Below, one piece after another: positions 1-10,819 of a stretch of 64,000 nt of DNA; the first letter of the stretch is position 1; the number at the start of each line of letters is the position of its first letter. Origin of the DNA: Candidatus Cloacimonadales bacterium (lineage in GTDB: Bacteria > Cloacimonadota > Cloacimonadia > Cloacimonadales > JAIOQZ01); the NCBI GenBank assembly GCA_963665815.1, contig OY762463.1, positions 768,001 through 832,000 on the forward strand, written 5' to 3'. The notes below the pieces were generated by a model that saw nothing but the letters and a program-made list of their open reading frames with translations, was not told the origin of the DNA and did no database searches. The translations under genes and the position numbers were made by a program.

Positions 1-1
1 T

Positions 2-2221
2 ATAATCCAATACAATTATTCCCTTGTATCCGGGGGAGGTATGTATATCAACAACTCTACATCCAGGCTAAATGATATTGAGTTTTTCAGTAACAACTCA
101 CCCGATGGTGCCGGTGCTTTCATCTGTGCAAACTCAAATATTGAAATGTCAAATATCTCATTCCTACAGAATTTCGCATCAAACTCTGGCGGGGGTATAT
201 ATAGTGATGCTTCTTATCTAACAGTAAATTCAGCAATATTTGAGAAAAACTTTTCAGATAATACAGGTGGAGGCTTGTATTTGTGTAACAACTCCGTACT
301 CACTCTTGATGATGCTTTGATAAATGAAAACATAGGTAATTACCATGGTGGCTCCGGAGTGTGCAGCTACGATTCCAGTGTAAATATTTCGAATTCATGC
401 TTTATATTGAATACTACTAACCAGGGATCAGGTGGTGCAATGCTGCTTGTCAACTCCACAACAGACATTTTTAACACCGGATTTGATGATAATCAAGCTC
501 ATTCCGGAGGTGCAATAACTGCCCATGGAGGTACATTTAATTCCTCAGAAAACAGCTACCAGCATAATTCAGCCAGAAATTCCGGTGCCCTGTCAATAAT
601 TGCCAGTTCAACAGCATCCTTCATCAGAGATGAGATTTTTGAGAACTCCGCTTTACTTGATGCCGGTGTATGTGTTGACAGCTCGATTGCCACCTTCTCA
701 TATTGTGGATTTTTATCAAATTCCGCATTAGGTGTTGATTTTGATGGTTCAAAAACAGGACAAACCGGAGCACTGGGTGTTAGGAACTACTCCGATGTAA
801 CCATAGATAACTCACTTTTTAACAGCAATTTTTCTTTTAAAGACGGTGCAATAGCTGTATTTCTGTCCGTTCTGGAAATAACTGACACTGAAATAAGCAG
901 TAATGATACCGGAGAAAACTCCATTGGCGGTGCCATGCGAATTGACTACTTGTCAGATGTAATTATTAATAACTGCGAAATTTATAATAACAGAGCTTCT
1001 CAAGGTGGAGCATTATATGTGAATCAATCCAATTTGACAGTGAATAATGCAAATATTTTTGAGAATTATGCAGAATCCGACAGCATTGATAACATCAGCA
1101 ATTGTGGTGGTGGGATGTATGTAACAAATTCCTGCAATGTATCCATCAATGGTGGAGATATCTATAAGAACAGGTCGTCCGAACATGGAGGAGCCCTATA
1201 TATAGAAAATTCAACATATCATGTTAATGATGTCTTGTTTGGGCTGAACAATGCAGGATATAAGGGTGGAGTTATGTACATGTCAAATTGTAGTAATTCT
1301 GCAATATATGGCTCAGTTATTGAACATAACTGTGCAGATACAGCAGCTGTTATGTACATTACAGATAATACAGACATTAAAATCATAAATTGCGATATAC
1401 ATCAAAATGCTTCAGGTGCCAATAATAGTATCATTTATTGTAACAATGGGGCTGTTCCTGACTTCACAGGGTGTCTTATTTACGACAATTCCTACTCAAA
1501 TCCGGCTATAATATTCCTTACAGATGATTGTATGTCAAAAATAACAAACTGTACTATTGTATATAATGATCAGGTTGCAGTATCAACACTTAGCACTGAG
1601 GTTGATATAAAAAATTGTATTGTATGGCAGAATGCCGCACCAAATATTATCGGTAATCCTGCGGTTACTTTCTCATGTGTTCAGGACGCGTATACAGGTA
1701 CAGGAAACATAAATACCATTCCTGGATTCGTAGACATTGCTGCTAATGACTACAGATTGGTCTCAGGCTCTCCATGCATAGATACCGGATGCCCTGATAC
1801 TACAGGACTTTCCTTACCAGTACTGGATATCGACGGTAACTTCAGAATTTTTGACGGTGATGTTGATCCATCAGTTGTAATAGATATGGGTGCATATGAA
1901 TATACAATACCAATAATCAATACTCATGATGACTCTCCTGTTCCGGAGAAAACAGCTTTAACCAATTATCCGAATCCTTTTAATCCTGAAACATCTATTG
2001 AGTTCAGTCTCCCCCATTCCTCTCAGGTAAACCTTACCGTATATAATATTAAGGGTCAGAAAGTTACTACACTCATAAATGAGCATAGAGATAAAGGAGA
2101 ACACAAGACTGTCTGGAAAGGGACTGATGCAAACGGTGAACCTGTCAGCTCCGGAGTGTATTTCTTTAAGCTGCTGACAGACAAAGAAAGCCTGATTCGT
2201 AAGAGTATCCTATTGAAGTAA
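2..2221 (+). CDS. Secreted right-handed beta-helix (Pmp-like GGA[I/L]/FxxN repeat) protein with C-terminal sorting domain; 5'-truncated by window edge
   Basis: Many GGA(L/I)Y and FxxN repeats, DYRLVSGSPCIDTG...DMGAYE motif and NYPNPFNP...ILLK CTD. The frame is open from position 2 (IIQYNYSLVSGGGM), so the true start lies upstream. Confidence 0.85.
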   Translation: MIQYNYSLVSGGGMYINNSTSRLNDIEFFSNNSPDGAGAFICANSNIEMSNISFLQNFASNSGGGIYSDASYLTVNSAIFEKNFSDNTGGGLYLCNNSVLTLDDALINENIGNYHGGSGVCSYDSSVNISNSCFILNTTNQGSGGAMLLVNSTTDIFNTGFDDNQAHSGGAITAHGGTFNSSENSYQHNSARNSGALSIIASSTASFIRDEIFENSALLDAGVCVDSSIATFSYCGFLSNSALGVDFDGSKTGQTGALGVRNYSDVTIDNSLFNSNFSFKDGAIAVFLSVLEITDTEISSNDTGENSIGGAMRIDYLSDVIINNCEIYNNRASQGGALYVNQSNLTVNNANIFENYAESDSIDNISNCGGGMYVTNSCNVSINGGDIYKNRSSEHGGALYIENSTYHVNDVLFGLNNAGYKGGVMYMSNCSNSAIYGSVIEHNCADTAAVMYITDNTDIKIINCDIHQNASGANNSIIYCNNGAVPDFTGCLIYDNSYSNPAIIFLTDDCMSKITNCTIVYNDQVAVSTLSTEVDIKNCIVWQNAAPNIIGNPAVTFSCVQDAYTGTGNINTIPGFVDIAANDYRLVSGSPCIDTGCPDTTGLSLPVLDIDGNFRIFDGDVDPSVVIDMGAYEYTIPIINTHDDSPVPEKTALTNYPNPFNPETSIEFSLPHSSQVNLTVYNIKGQKVTTLINEHRDKGEHKTVWKGTDANGEPVSSGVYFFKLLTDKESLIRKSILLK

Positions 2222-2277
2222 GGATTTAAGATAATAAATCGCGGAAAAACAGAGGACTGTTTAGAAACAAATATTTG

Positions 2278-2314
2278 AAACCACTTTCAGCTATATATCA
2301 GTTGAGAGTGGTTT
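2278..2314 (+). terminator. Stem-loop / probable intrinsic terminator
   Basis: AAACCACTTTCAGCT pairs with AGTTGAGAGTGGTTT (G.U allowed) and is followed by a T-rich tract, downstream of the CDS. Confidence 0.55.
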
Positions 2315-2418
2315 TCTTTCCTAATTCAAGCTTTTCTTGACAAAGAATCACAATGTTTTCTCAATTCGAACATCATATCATGCACTACATAAATATAAAC
2401 AGGAGGAGCTGATTTTAT

Positions 2419-3045
2419 ATGGGCTTAACTGATAGACTAAGGAAAGCACAGGAACAAGTCAAAGAAGAAGTTCTTGAAAAGATTAATAACATTCTTGCAG
2501 ATGATGAAAAAATCATCTGGGTTGGTAATAGACAGGGACCGGCTTTTAGTTTTATGAATATCCTTTTCTCTTTAATTATCTGTATTGCGCCAATTATTTT
2601 TGTAACATTTTTAATCGATGTAACTAAACTAAGTAAATTGGGGTATAGCTCAAAGACTTTAATTGTCATCTTTTTCGTTGGATCTACAATTTGTATTATA
2701 TTGAAATACATATACACTCACAAGAAGAATTCAGTGTATGTATTAACAACAGAAAGAATCTTAATTCGGACAAAAGTTTTGACTGAGAAAATAAAATATT
2801 GCTTTTATGGCAACATTTCATATGTGAAATACAGCATTGGGTTGTTAATGCGAGGATACATTTTTGCGACAGAAATGAATCTTGTATTTATGACAAATAA
2901 TTCATTCAGAAGAAACCTTTTTAATGGCTCTCCCAAACACTTTGTCTTCGAGGATTTAGAAAACAGTGAAGAAGTTTACAATATCATGTCAAAGTACATA
3001 AGGAAAGGTGCATTAAAAGGTGGTGATATGCTTAGTAAACTATAA
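2419..3045 (+). CDS. Membrane protein with 2 TM helices and a bacterial PH-like domain (paralog 1)
   Basis: AGGAGG RBS; 'EKIIWVG' start motif, two hydrophobic segments, then 'YVLTTERILIR', typical of bPH_2-type proteins. Confidence 0.65.
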   Translation: MGLTDRLRKAQEQVKEEVLEKINNILADDEKIIWVGNRQGPAFSFMNILFSLIICIAPIIFVTFLIDVTKLSKLGYSSKTLIVIFFVGSTICIILKYIYTHKKNSVYVLTTERILIRTKVLTEKIKYCFYGNISYVKYSIGLLMRGYIFATEMNLVFMTNNSFRRNLFNGSPKHFVFEDLENSEEVYNIMSKYIRKGALKGGDMLSKL

Positions 3046-3058
3046 AGGTGGTTAATCC

Positions 3059-3670
3059 ATGTTTTTCTCTAAAAAAATTAATAAGAAGCAGCCGGAAATT
3101 AAGGAAAAAGTTCTGAATGCTATCACAAAAATTCTAGAGACGGATGAAAAAATCATCTGGGTTGGTAATAGACAGGGACCGATATTCAGATTCACAGAAA
3201 TATTTATCTCCTTTTTCTTTCTGATATTCCTGACCACAATTATTAAGAATACTATGTCCATTAATGATAACTCATTCTTCCTAAAGGCAGCATTATGGTT
3301 TGTTAGTGTTCTATTATCAGGGGGAATAACAAGTTTAACTTATTGGTTAATTTACACTCACAAAAAAAATACTGTGTACGTGCTGACAAACAGGAGAATA
3401 ATAATCAGAACGAGAGTCTTTACCGAGAAAGTCAAACACTGTTATTATAGTGACATTAAGTTTGCTCATTATGATACTTTAAAGGGATACCTATTTGCTT
3501 CTTTACGAAAACATAGTCATTTGACAAATCAATGCTTTTGGAGCAATCTGTTGAATGGTTCACCAAGATACTTTGTATTCTTCAACCAGAAAGATCCGGA
3601 AAATACTTATAGATTGTTATCTGACTACATAAACAAAGATGCATTAAATGGAGACAACTTGTTTTGGTAA
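3059..3670 (+). CDS. Membrane protein with bacterial PH-like domain (paralog 2)
   Basis: Clear paralog of 2419-3045 (DEKIIWVGNRQGP, YTHKKN.VYVLT, NGSP..FVF). Confidence 0.65.
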   Translation: MFFSKKINKKQPEIKEKVLNAITKILETDEKIIWVGNRQGPIFRFTEIFISFFFLIFLTTIIKNTMSINDNSFFLKAALWFVSVLLSGGITSLTYWLIYTHKKNTVYVLTNRRIIIRTRVFTEKVKHCYYSDIKFAHYDTLKGYLFASLRKHSHLTNQCFWSNLLNGSPRYFVFFNQKDPENTYRLLSDYINKDALNGDNLFW

Positions 3671-3848
3671 TTTCAAGGAGATAATATGAAATATAATGAA
3701 TTGTTTGTTATATTGGTAATAGTATAATTACATCTCAACTCAAACAAATTTACCCTATCCATTTCGACAACTATAAAAATATATTGACAAATTTATTCTA
3801 CACTTTTGATTTGACTTCGATCTAATTAAATATCCAAGGAGTAATTCT

Positions 3849-4376
3849 ATGATCACCATTAATAATGTGATTGAAAACTACAGGAACTACCTGACTGAAA
3901 CAGCACACAGGTATAACTCGGAGTTTTTCAAGCTGAATGAGGAAAACAGGAAAGACGAAGCTGTTTTCGCAAAGATTAAAGAATCTGCCATTGCTAACAT
4001 GATTGTCGGATTTCTCAATATCTCAGTATCTGCGGCAAAAGCGAACTATGGAGAGATTGAAGACAGACGTTATGAAAAAGGCAGCCTGTTCTGGAAAAAA
4101 TGGGAAAAAGAGATAGGCCCAACAAGTACTGTCGGTGAACGGATATACAAACTGCATGTACTTGGCTGGACTCCCCGAATAAGAAAAGAATCAACCGAGC
4201 TGATGAAGCTTCATAAAGAACATAGCAATAACTCGGAGTTCTTTAAGGAAAAAAGTAAGCTCGATGTTTTAAACGAAACACTGACAGTATTCAAAAGCAT
4301 GTTTAGGGAGCTGCCGACTTACAATAAGAGCTGGGACAGCAGACACTCATACTCAAGAAACGGAGGTACACAATGA
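3849..4376 (+). CDS. Hypothetical protein, translationally coupled to the ArsR regulator
   Basis: AAGGAG RBS, 175-aa ORF, stop overlaps the next start (ATGA). Confidence 0.7.
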   Translation: MITINNVIENYRNYLTETAHRYNSEFFKLNEENRKDEAVFAKIKESAIANMIVGFLNISVSAAKANYGEIEDRRYEKGSLFWKKWEKEIGPTSTVGERIYKLHVLGWTPRIRKESTELMKLHKEHSNNSEFFKEKSKLDVLNETLTVFKSMFRELPTYNKSWDSRHSYSRNGGTQ

Positions 4377-4936
4377 AATTACTGGAATCAATAAAACTGA
4401 TGAAAGCTCTCGCAGACAAATCAAGATTGTTTATCATAAACGCATTGTACGAAAAACCTATGTATGTGGAAGAGATATCTGAGCGGTTAGACTTGGCAGC
4501 ATCCACAGTATCGTTCCATCTGAAAAAACTGGTTGAGAGCGGACTGGTATCATCTCATAAGGAGCAATACTATGTTGTGTATAATCTTGATAAGGCAATA
4601 CTGGATAAGTCTTTAAAAGAGTTGGTTATCATGGACAGGGGAAACAACCTGGAGAAGAAGATTCAAGATGACCGTTTTAACGAATACAGAGCTAAGGTAA
4701 TCAAGACATTCTTCCAGTACGGTAAACTGAAGAAAATGCCTACTCAGCGTAAGAAAAGACTGATTGTTCTCGAAGAAATGCTGAAAGCATTTGAAACGGA
4801 CAGGAAATACACAGAGAAAGAAGTGAACATCATAATTGCCGACTTTAATGATGACTTTTGTACTATCAGACGTGAAATGATTGATGAAAGAATGCTTGAT
4901 CGTGATCAATACGGTAAAGAGTATTGGAAAAAATAA
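4373..4936 (+). CDS. ArsR/SmtB-family transcriptional regulator with C-terminal DUF2087 domain
   Basis: KALADKSRLFII...VEEISERLDLAASTVSFHLKKL ArsR HTH; C-terminal KMPTQRKKRLIVL...YTEKEVN...DFCTIRREMID typical of DUF2087. Confidence 0.88.
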   Translation: MKLLESIKLMKALADKSRLFIINALYEKPMYVEEISERLDLAASTVSFHLKKLVESGLVSSHKEQYYVVYNLDKAILDKSLKELVIMDRGNNLEKKIQDDRFNEYRAKVIKTFFQYGKLKKMPTQRKKRLIVLEEMLKAFETDRKYTEKEVNIIIADFNDDFCTIRREMIDERMLDRDQYGKEYWKK

Positions 4937-4961
4937 GGCAGTGATTTAATTACACTGCCTT
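4935..4961. terminator. Bidirectional terminator between convergent genes
   Basis: AAGGCAGTG-9nt-CACTGCCTT perfect stem. Confidence 0.65.
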
Positions 4962-4971
4962 TCTATAACAC

Positions 4972-5730
4972 TTAAATTTCTATACCAATGGGACAATGAT
5001 CCGATCCCATTACTTCCTGTTGAATAAAAGCATTTTTGACTGAGTCTTTAAATCGTTCATTCACGAAGAAATAGTCGATTCTCCAGCCGGCGTTCTTCTC
5101 TCTTGCTTTAAACCTGTAAGACCACCATGAATATTGCTCCGGAGACTTATCAAACTCCCGGAACGTATCAACAAAACCGTTCGCTATGTATTTATCAATC
5201 CATTCGCGCTCTATTGGCAGGAAACCGGATCTATCTTTATTACTTTTAGGATTTTTCAAATCTATTTCTTTATGAGCTGTATTGTAGTCACCACATACAA
5301 TAACATTCTTTCCTTCGTCATCAAGTTTTTTAACAACTTTCAGGAACTGGTCATAGAAGTCCATTTTATATTGAAGTCTTTCATCGCTCATCTGTCCATT
5401 AGGGAAATAGATGTTATAGAGTATAAAGTCCTTGTATTCCAACCTCAGGATACGTCCTTCATTGTCGAAACGATCTTCTTCAATTGTGTTTGATACTGAT
5501 ATCGGTTCTTCTTTAGTAAAGACTGCAACTCCGGAATATCCTTTTTTCTCGGCAAAACTCCAGTACTTATGATATCCGTTTATTGCCAGTACTTCTTCCG
5601 GTATCTGTTCTTCCTGAAGCTTTGTCTCCTGCAGACATAATATATCGGGAGATTCATCATTTATATAATCCAGAAAATTCTTCTTTATTACAGCTCGCAA
5701 TCCATTTACATTCCATGATATAATTTTCAT
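4972..5730 (-). CDS. xth: Exodeoxyribonuclease III / AP endonuclease
   Basis: [48 protein letters not shown] motifs. Confidence 0.96.
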   Translation of the reverse strand: MKIISWNVNGLRAVIKKNFLDYINDESPDILCLQETKLQEEQIPEEVLAINGYHKYWSFAEKKGYSGVAVFTKEEPISVSNTIEEDRFDNEGRILRLEYKDFILYNIYFPNGQMSDERLQYKMDFYDQFLKVVKKLDDEGKNVIVCGDYNTAHKEIDLKNPKSNKDRSGFLPIEREWIDKYIANGFVDTFREFDKSPEQYSWWSYRFKAREKNAGWRIDYFFVNERFKDSVKNAFIQQEVMGSDHCPIGIEI

Positions 5731-5740
5731 AATTCCTCAT

Positions 5741-6406
5741 TTAATTTTTAGCATGTTTTGTTTTAACATCTACTCTGTTGCACTGATCATATATTATACA
5801 TCGATTACACTCCGGATTAATTGGCTTACAAAGTCTCTGTCCGTAAGAGACAAAAAAGGAGTTAAATTTAACCCAATATTTCTCTGGCATTTTCTTCCTT
5901 AAAGCCATTTCTGATTCAAGTGGAGTCTTTGTTTTTATGTAACCCAACCTGTTCATAATCCTGTGCACGTGAATATCAACACAAACAGCAGGTTTCTGAA
6001 AAGCAACAGCCACAACCAGATTAGCGGTCTTCCTCCCTACTCCGGGAAGCTTTACCAGCTCATCTACAGTATCGGGAATTACACCCTTAAAAAGTTTTTC
6101 TAAAGTGGCAGGCAGTTTTTTCAGGTATGACGCTTTGTTTTTGTAGAAGCCAATCGGGAAAATCAACTCTCTGATCTGCTTTTCAGTGTAATTGTTAAAA
6201 TCTCTGTATGTATTGATCTTTTTGAATAGCTTTTCGCAGACTTCGGCAGTAGTCTGATCTTTTGTTCTGGCACTGAGTATAGTTGCAACCAGAACTTTGA
6301 ACGGATCCTGTGTCTGGATCTGTATAAGATCAACAACTGGAGCAGCAACTTTTTCGAAATCTTTTTCCAATGTGTGATATACTCTATCAATATTAACTTT
6401 TTTCAT
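5741..6406 (-). CDS. nth: Endonuclease III (HhH-GPD DNA glycosylase, [4Fe-4S])
   Basis: LVATILSA, LPGVGRKTAN HhH, VDIHVHR, C-x6-C-x2-C-x5-C cluster motif. Confidence 0.93.
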   Translation of the reverse strand: MKKVNIDRVYHTLEKDFEKVAAPVVDLIQIQTQDPFKVLVATILSARTKDQTTAEVCEKLFKKINTYRDFNNYTEKQIRELIFPIGFYKNKASYLKKLPATLEKLFKGVIPDTVDELVKLPGVGRKTANLVVAVAFQKPAVCVDIHVHRIMNRLGYIKTKTPLESEMALRKKMPEKYWVKFNSFFVSYGQRLCKPINPECNRCIIYDQCNRVDVKTKHAKN

Positions 6407-6520
6407 AGAGGAAAGTATACGAGAATATTTTGTAGTGTCAACAATTTTGTTGCTATTATAAAAATTATGTATTTTTTGATACTCTAAGTAACAATACTCT
6501 TCAAAATGAAGATGCTTATT

Positions 6521-7468
6521 TTATTCTGACACTATCGGTATATCTCTGAATTCGTACTTTTCTTTAGTATTTCCACTCAGAATCTGAAGAAGCAGTATTT
6601 TCTTTATATCAGGATCGACCTTATCAAAAACAAGTGTCATTTCTGCGGTACTTCCAGCAATAATCTTCTTAGAAGCACCATCGTACTGGCTGAGTCCTTT
6701 GATTTTAGTTACATTGCTTCCAAATTTCACGGCGGAAACAATAGTCTCATTACTATTCTGGTCAAAAACTTTTGTTTTATACTGCCAGCCATAGGTAACC
6801 TCAAACTTAACATCATCCGGTCCATTATTAGTTATTTCAAAATCACAGTATAATGTTCTGCCTTTAACTTCAGCTTGTATAAGCTTGATTTTCAGATTAT
6901 TGCGATCAATCTCATAAAGGGATTTTATATATGAAGAAATCTGTTCTTCTCTGTTGATACCAGTCTCCAGCATTGAAACTAAATCCTTATCTTTTATAAC
7001 TGAAGCCGATGCTGCAGAAAGAACTTTTCCGGTTTTAGCAGAGATAACCCGGGCATTAATTCTTATATCCTTACCAATTACAGTTATCGTTCCGGTTACA
7101 ATAGCATCTGCACCAAGAATATTACCTATTGAGACAGCAGTTTGTTCGTCAATGTACCCTGTAAGCCCAAGATTCTGTTCTTTTAGTATTTTCTTAAACA
7201 TTTGTCTCTCAACAATTTCCAGTTTGCTTTTCTGATACAATTTAGTTGTGAGCTCCTCAGCTATATACAATCCAAGTTCGGAAACACTTCCTTTTACATC
7301 GGTGAACTCAGTTATTGCAACAAGCTGATTTTCATTTTGCAGAGTATTGATTATCTTAACAGCAATAGTATCAAGCTGAATATCGAGATCATTTACTACT
7401 GTTGTTTCTTTCACTGCTGTTGAGCACGAGATTATAACCATCGCAAGTAAAATTACATAATATCTCAT
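6521..7468 (-). CDS. Lipoprotein with FlgO/CsgG-like domain
   Basis: Lipobox IISC; VAITEF...IVERQ...LKEQ...IGNILGADAIVTGTI...INARVI fold signature. Confidence 0.75.
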   Translation of the reverse strand: MRYYVILLAMVIISCSTAVKETTVVNDLDIQLDTIAVKIINTLQNENQLVAITEFTDVKGSVSELGLYIAEELTTKLYQKSKLEIVERQMFKKILKEQNLGLTGYIDEQTAVSIGNILGADAIVTGTITVIGKDIRINARVISAKTGKVLSAASASVIKDKDLVSMLETGINREEQISSYIKSLYEIDRNNLKIKLIQAEVKGRTLYCDFEITNNGPDDVKFEVTYGWQYKTKVFDQNSNETIVSAVKFGSNVTKIKGLSQYDGASKKIIAGSTAEMTLVFDKVDPDIKKILLLQILSGNTKEKYEFRDIPIVSE

Positions 7469-7477
7469 AATATATCC

Positions 7478-8434
7478 TTATTTATAGAACACATAGTTTC
7501 TCAGAAATGCATTTAGTACGATAATTGGAGATAGCACAAATATGTAAGCTACAACGGAAACTGGAATTCCAATTTTGAATGCCAAGCCCACTGCAATCAC
7601 AGGATTCAGAACAAATGAATTCTCAGTTCTCCCGCTCCGGAATGTAGTCTCAACATCCCATCCAACAGGTTGATTATTAATAAGTATATCATTCATTTTG
7701 TAATATAACCCGTAGAAGAAGTTTTTAAGCAGACCAGCTACTGGTTTTCTTTCATTTCTCTTTTCAAACAAGTAAGTTGGCACCATATGAGCTTTTTTAT
7801 ACAGCAGTCCTGTCATTAAAAACACTAAGCCAACAATAAGCTGCGGTAATTTCCTGCTCTTATTTACTTCAATAGACAATTCTTCGATCTCTTTATCAGT
7901 TAAGTTAGTCATTTCGTTGTATTTTTTACTTAAAGGCTCAAGCTTCCCTTGAAGCTCGGTGATCTTGTCCAGTTTTTCTTTTTCACTAAATTTGCTATAT
8001 TTCCTATACCCTCTTTTTACATTACTTATTTCTTTCTCATAGTAATGTACTTTTTGATATGCAGATCCAATTTCTTTTTTATACCAATCTTGTGGAGATC
8101 TCATACTAACATCTGGTTTTACGAAAAATGGAATAATATACAATATAAGAGCATAAGCAATCAGTCCAAACCTCACCCAGTTTTTGCCGACATATAGCCT
8201 TTTCTTCTGAAAATTTACTGCATTGAGCAATACTGTGAGTCTTGCTCTCAACTTTTCGTCATCAGGGTTTAGTGATTTTGCTTTATTAAGAAGTTTCTCA
8301 GATTCTTCAACCTGCTTTCGAGTTTTAGGACTCCTTATAACTTCACCGGTATCTTCATTTTCTTCGATTATATCCCAATTAAGAAATACATCTTGCAGTA
8401 TCTGCTTAATCTGTTCATCTTTTTGATTCATCAT
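7478..8434 (-). CDS. Hypothetical membrane protein
   Basis: 318-aa ORF with about 3 hydrophobic segments, co-oriented with the lipoprotein (9-bp gap). Confidence 0.7.
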   Translation of the reverse strand: MMNQKDEQIKQILQDVFLNWDIIEENEDTGEVIRSPKTRKQVEESEKLLNKAKSLNPDDEKLRARLTVLLNAVNFQKKRLYVGKNWVRFGLIAYALILYIIPFFVKPDVSMRSPQDWYKKEIGSAYQKVHYYEKEISNVKRGYRKYSKFSEKEKLDKITELQGKLEPLSKKYNEMTNLTDKEIEELSIEVNKSRKLPQLIVGLVFLMTGLLYKKAHMVPTYLFEKRNERKPVAGLLKNFFYGLYYKMNDILINNQPVGWDVETTFRSGRTENSFVLNPVIAVGLAFKIGIPVSVVAYIFVLSPIIVLNAFLRNYVFYK

Positions 8435-8582
8435 TTTCCTTCAAAACATTTACTTGTATATCTTTTTCAAGTCATACTTCATGCTTTGAAAAAAACATGG
8501 TAACCGGAAAATTATATTGTGTTAACGGTTTCCTATAATTCTTTTTTATAGGTCAGATTTATTTACTAAATTACATATCAAG

Positions 8583-9242
8583 TCAGTATCGCTCTCCAAA
8601 AATAAGTTTTATTGTGCCATAGGCAATATGTCTCATCCACAACCTGGCAAAAAATCCGGGTCTACCTGAAGCAATCACTTTGCCATCTTTGTTAAACTTC
8701 AACTCTGTATACTTTTTGTATACTATTCCATTGTATACAGTATTATTACCAACAACAAGACTCTTAGGAGTTCCATCCTCATAGAATCTTACCGGGGAAA
8801 GCCCACCTGGATCACACTCTATACCATTAATAACACAAGGTTTATACAGAAAAATAGTTTTGAGATTCCCGTTAGGATAAAATGAAGTTGATGCTTTTGT
8901 CTTTCCACCATCGCAGGGATATCCGTTTATCATTAAATCTTCCCAAAGATAAAGATGTGTAACTTCACCTTTTTCGTTCCTGAAAACACGAGTATGGGCA
9001 GGCATTAAAACATTGTATATCTTAGTATCTCTGGCAATATCATAGCTTTTAACTTTACCACTTTCATAGAAATGACACCAGCCGTATAATTCAATACTAT
9101 CAGCAACAATGGGATTTTTCAGAAATACTCTTTTAAGGTTACCATTATCATAATACTTCTTCTTACTTCCCTTATCAGTATCAAATGCATAAGAAGTCAA
9201 ATATGTAAGTGTCAGCAATACAATAAATAAGATTCTTTTCAT
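8583..9242 (-). CDS. Secreted protein with MORN-variant/YwqK-like repeats
   Basis: Signal peptide; repeated (F/Y)YxxGxxKx motifs; GGAGG RBS. Confidence 0.65.
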   Translation of the reverse strand: MKRILFIVLLTLTYLTSYAFDTDKGSKKKYYDNGNLKRVFLKNPIVADSIELYGWCHFYESGKVKSYDIARDTKIYNVLMPAHTRVFRNEKGEVTHLYLWEDLMINGYPCDGGKTKASTSFYPNGNLKTIFLYKPCVINGIECDPGGLSPVRFYEDGTPKSLVVGNNTVYNGIVYKKYTELKFNKDGKVIASGRPGFFARLWMRHIAYGTIKLIFGERY

Positions 9243-9526
9243 TCTTCCTCCATATACATAATTTAATTACTGTTTACTAAAACCTGTAATATCATTACTT
9301 ATTAAAGTGATAACTTATGTTTTTATACAATTTAAGTAAAGCAAAATATACAATTATAGTTTAAATTGAGACATACTAACTCATATATTTTCAAACATTA
9401 TTTTGTAACTCAAAGTACAGGAATTCAGTTTCTGCTATTCAATACAAAAGCAAGTTTTCAAAAAAAATATTTACAGAAATGAAATGTTCTTGTTTTTTTG
9501 TAAAAATTAATCTGTAGGATTTCACT

Positions 9527-10426
9527 ATGAACGAGCAACAGTATATGCAACTTAGAGACAATGCTGTAAGAATAGCATTTAAGATAACAAAAAACCGTGA
9601 TGATGCTGAAGATGTTGCTCAAGAAGCACTGTTAAAGCTTATGATGATGGATAAGGAAATTGAAAATCCTGCAGGTTGGATCACTACTGTAGTCAGAAAT
9701 CAATCTCTTTCAGTTATCAAAAAAAAATCCAGGACAGTAAGATTAACTGATGAAAAGCTTTCAACAGAGAACTCGTTTTCAGAACCTGAACATGATGAAC
9801 TTCCTGATCTTGATATGGATCATGTCAAAGCTCTGCTTTCTGCCGCAGATTTCCGAGTTTACAAAATGATGCTCAAATATAAAACTGTGAAAGCTTATGC
9901 TACTGCTGCAAAGAAAAAGTATTCCAGTACCGCTGCAAATGTACAGAGAATGAAGCAGAATCTTGTTGCCGCCTACAATCGTGATAAGCAAGTTGTAACA
10001 GGTATAAACCTTCTGACATATAATGAAGCTCGTTCCTGTAGAGAGATGCTAAAAATTTTACCTACTATATCTAATAGTGAAGATATGAAAAAGCATGTGA
10101 GATACTTTGAAGAGTATGAGGGTAATTCGTTCAATCTTGATATTGATGCAATAAGAGTATGGAATATTCATCTTAAGAAAAATATTATTAATCTTTTTAT
10201 TACATTTGAGAGCAAGTCGCACGATATAGAAAATTGCAAGATAGATTTTGTGATAAATAAACTTAACAGAATAAAGATTAGAAATATAAGGACACTACCG
10301 ACTGCCAGAATAAAAGATATTGACAAAGAAGAGTTTCTCAGGAAATTTAAATTATCTAAATCAGGAATTCTTAATCTTGATGAAGAAAGTGCTGATATTT
10401 TAGAAAAATTGCTTAAAGATAAATAA
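9527..10426 (+). CDS. ECF-type sigma-70 factor with C-terminal extension
   Basis: Region 2 signature DAEDVAQEALLKL...GWITTVVRN; degenerate region 4; about 140 aa extra C-terminus. Confidence 0.75.
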   Translation: MNEQQYMQLRDNAVRIAFKITKNRDDAEDVAQEALLKLMMMDKEIENPAGWITTVVRNQSLSVIKKKSRTVRLTDEKLSTENSFSEPEHDELPDLDMDHVKALLSAADFRVYKMMLKYKTVKAYATAAKKKYSSTAANVQRMKQNLVAAYNRDKQVVTGINLLTYNEARSCREMLKILPTISNSEDMKKHVRYFEEYEGNSFNLDIDAIRVWNIHLKKNIINLFITFESKSHDIENCKIDFVINKLNRIKIRNIRTLPTARIKDIDKEEFLRKFKLSKSGILNLDEESADILEKLLKDK

Positions 10427-10444
10427 TTGGTATAAAAATTGCAT
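10427..10444 (+). promoter_or_regulatory. Putative sigma54 -24/-12 promoter
   Basis: TTGGTATAAAAATTGCAT: GG-N10-GC, 35 bp before the ATG at 10479. Confidence 0.45.
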
Positions 10445-10478
10445 CTAAATTTTTATAATAATATTCAGGGAGATTATT

Positions 10479-10799
10479 ATGAAAAAGAAAATATTCATAA
10501 TATTATTTTTAACAGTTATTGTACTAAATAGTTTTGCTTTCCCCTTTTTCAAAGTAGGTAAAAAAGGATTCGGAGATAAAGACAAGCTCAAAGAAAAAGG
10601 CAGAACAAGATTTATAGATTTTAATCGTTTAATTCCAATTGATTTTGGTTCCTGGTCATCTTTTGAAGATGCAATTGAAGATTTACCATATATTGATCCC
10701 CATACAGCAAAAAGCGACGGTACAATTCTTTTTATTGGAACTGATTTCATTGTTGTCTGGATAGATGGTCAAGCATATGTATCTACATTAAAACAATAA
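10479..10799 (+). CDS. Small secreted hypothetical protein
   Basis: GGGAG RBS, MKKK-hydrophobic-SFA signal peptide, terminator follows. Confidence 0.7.
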   Translation: MKKKIFIILFLTVIVLNSFAFPFFKVGKKGFGDKDKLKEKGRTRFIDFNRLIPIDFGSWSSFEDAIEDLPYIDPHTAKSDGTILFIGTDFIVVWIDGQAYVSTLKQ

Positions 10800-10819
10800 T
10801 CCAGAATTTTTAAAAATAT

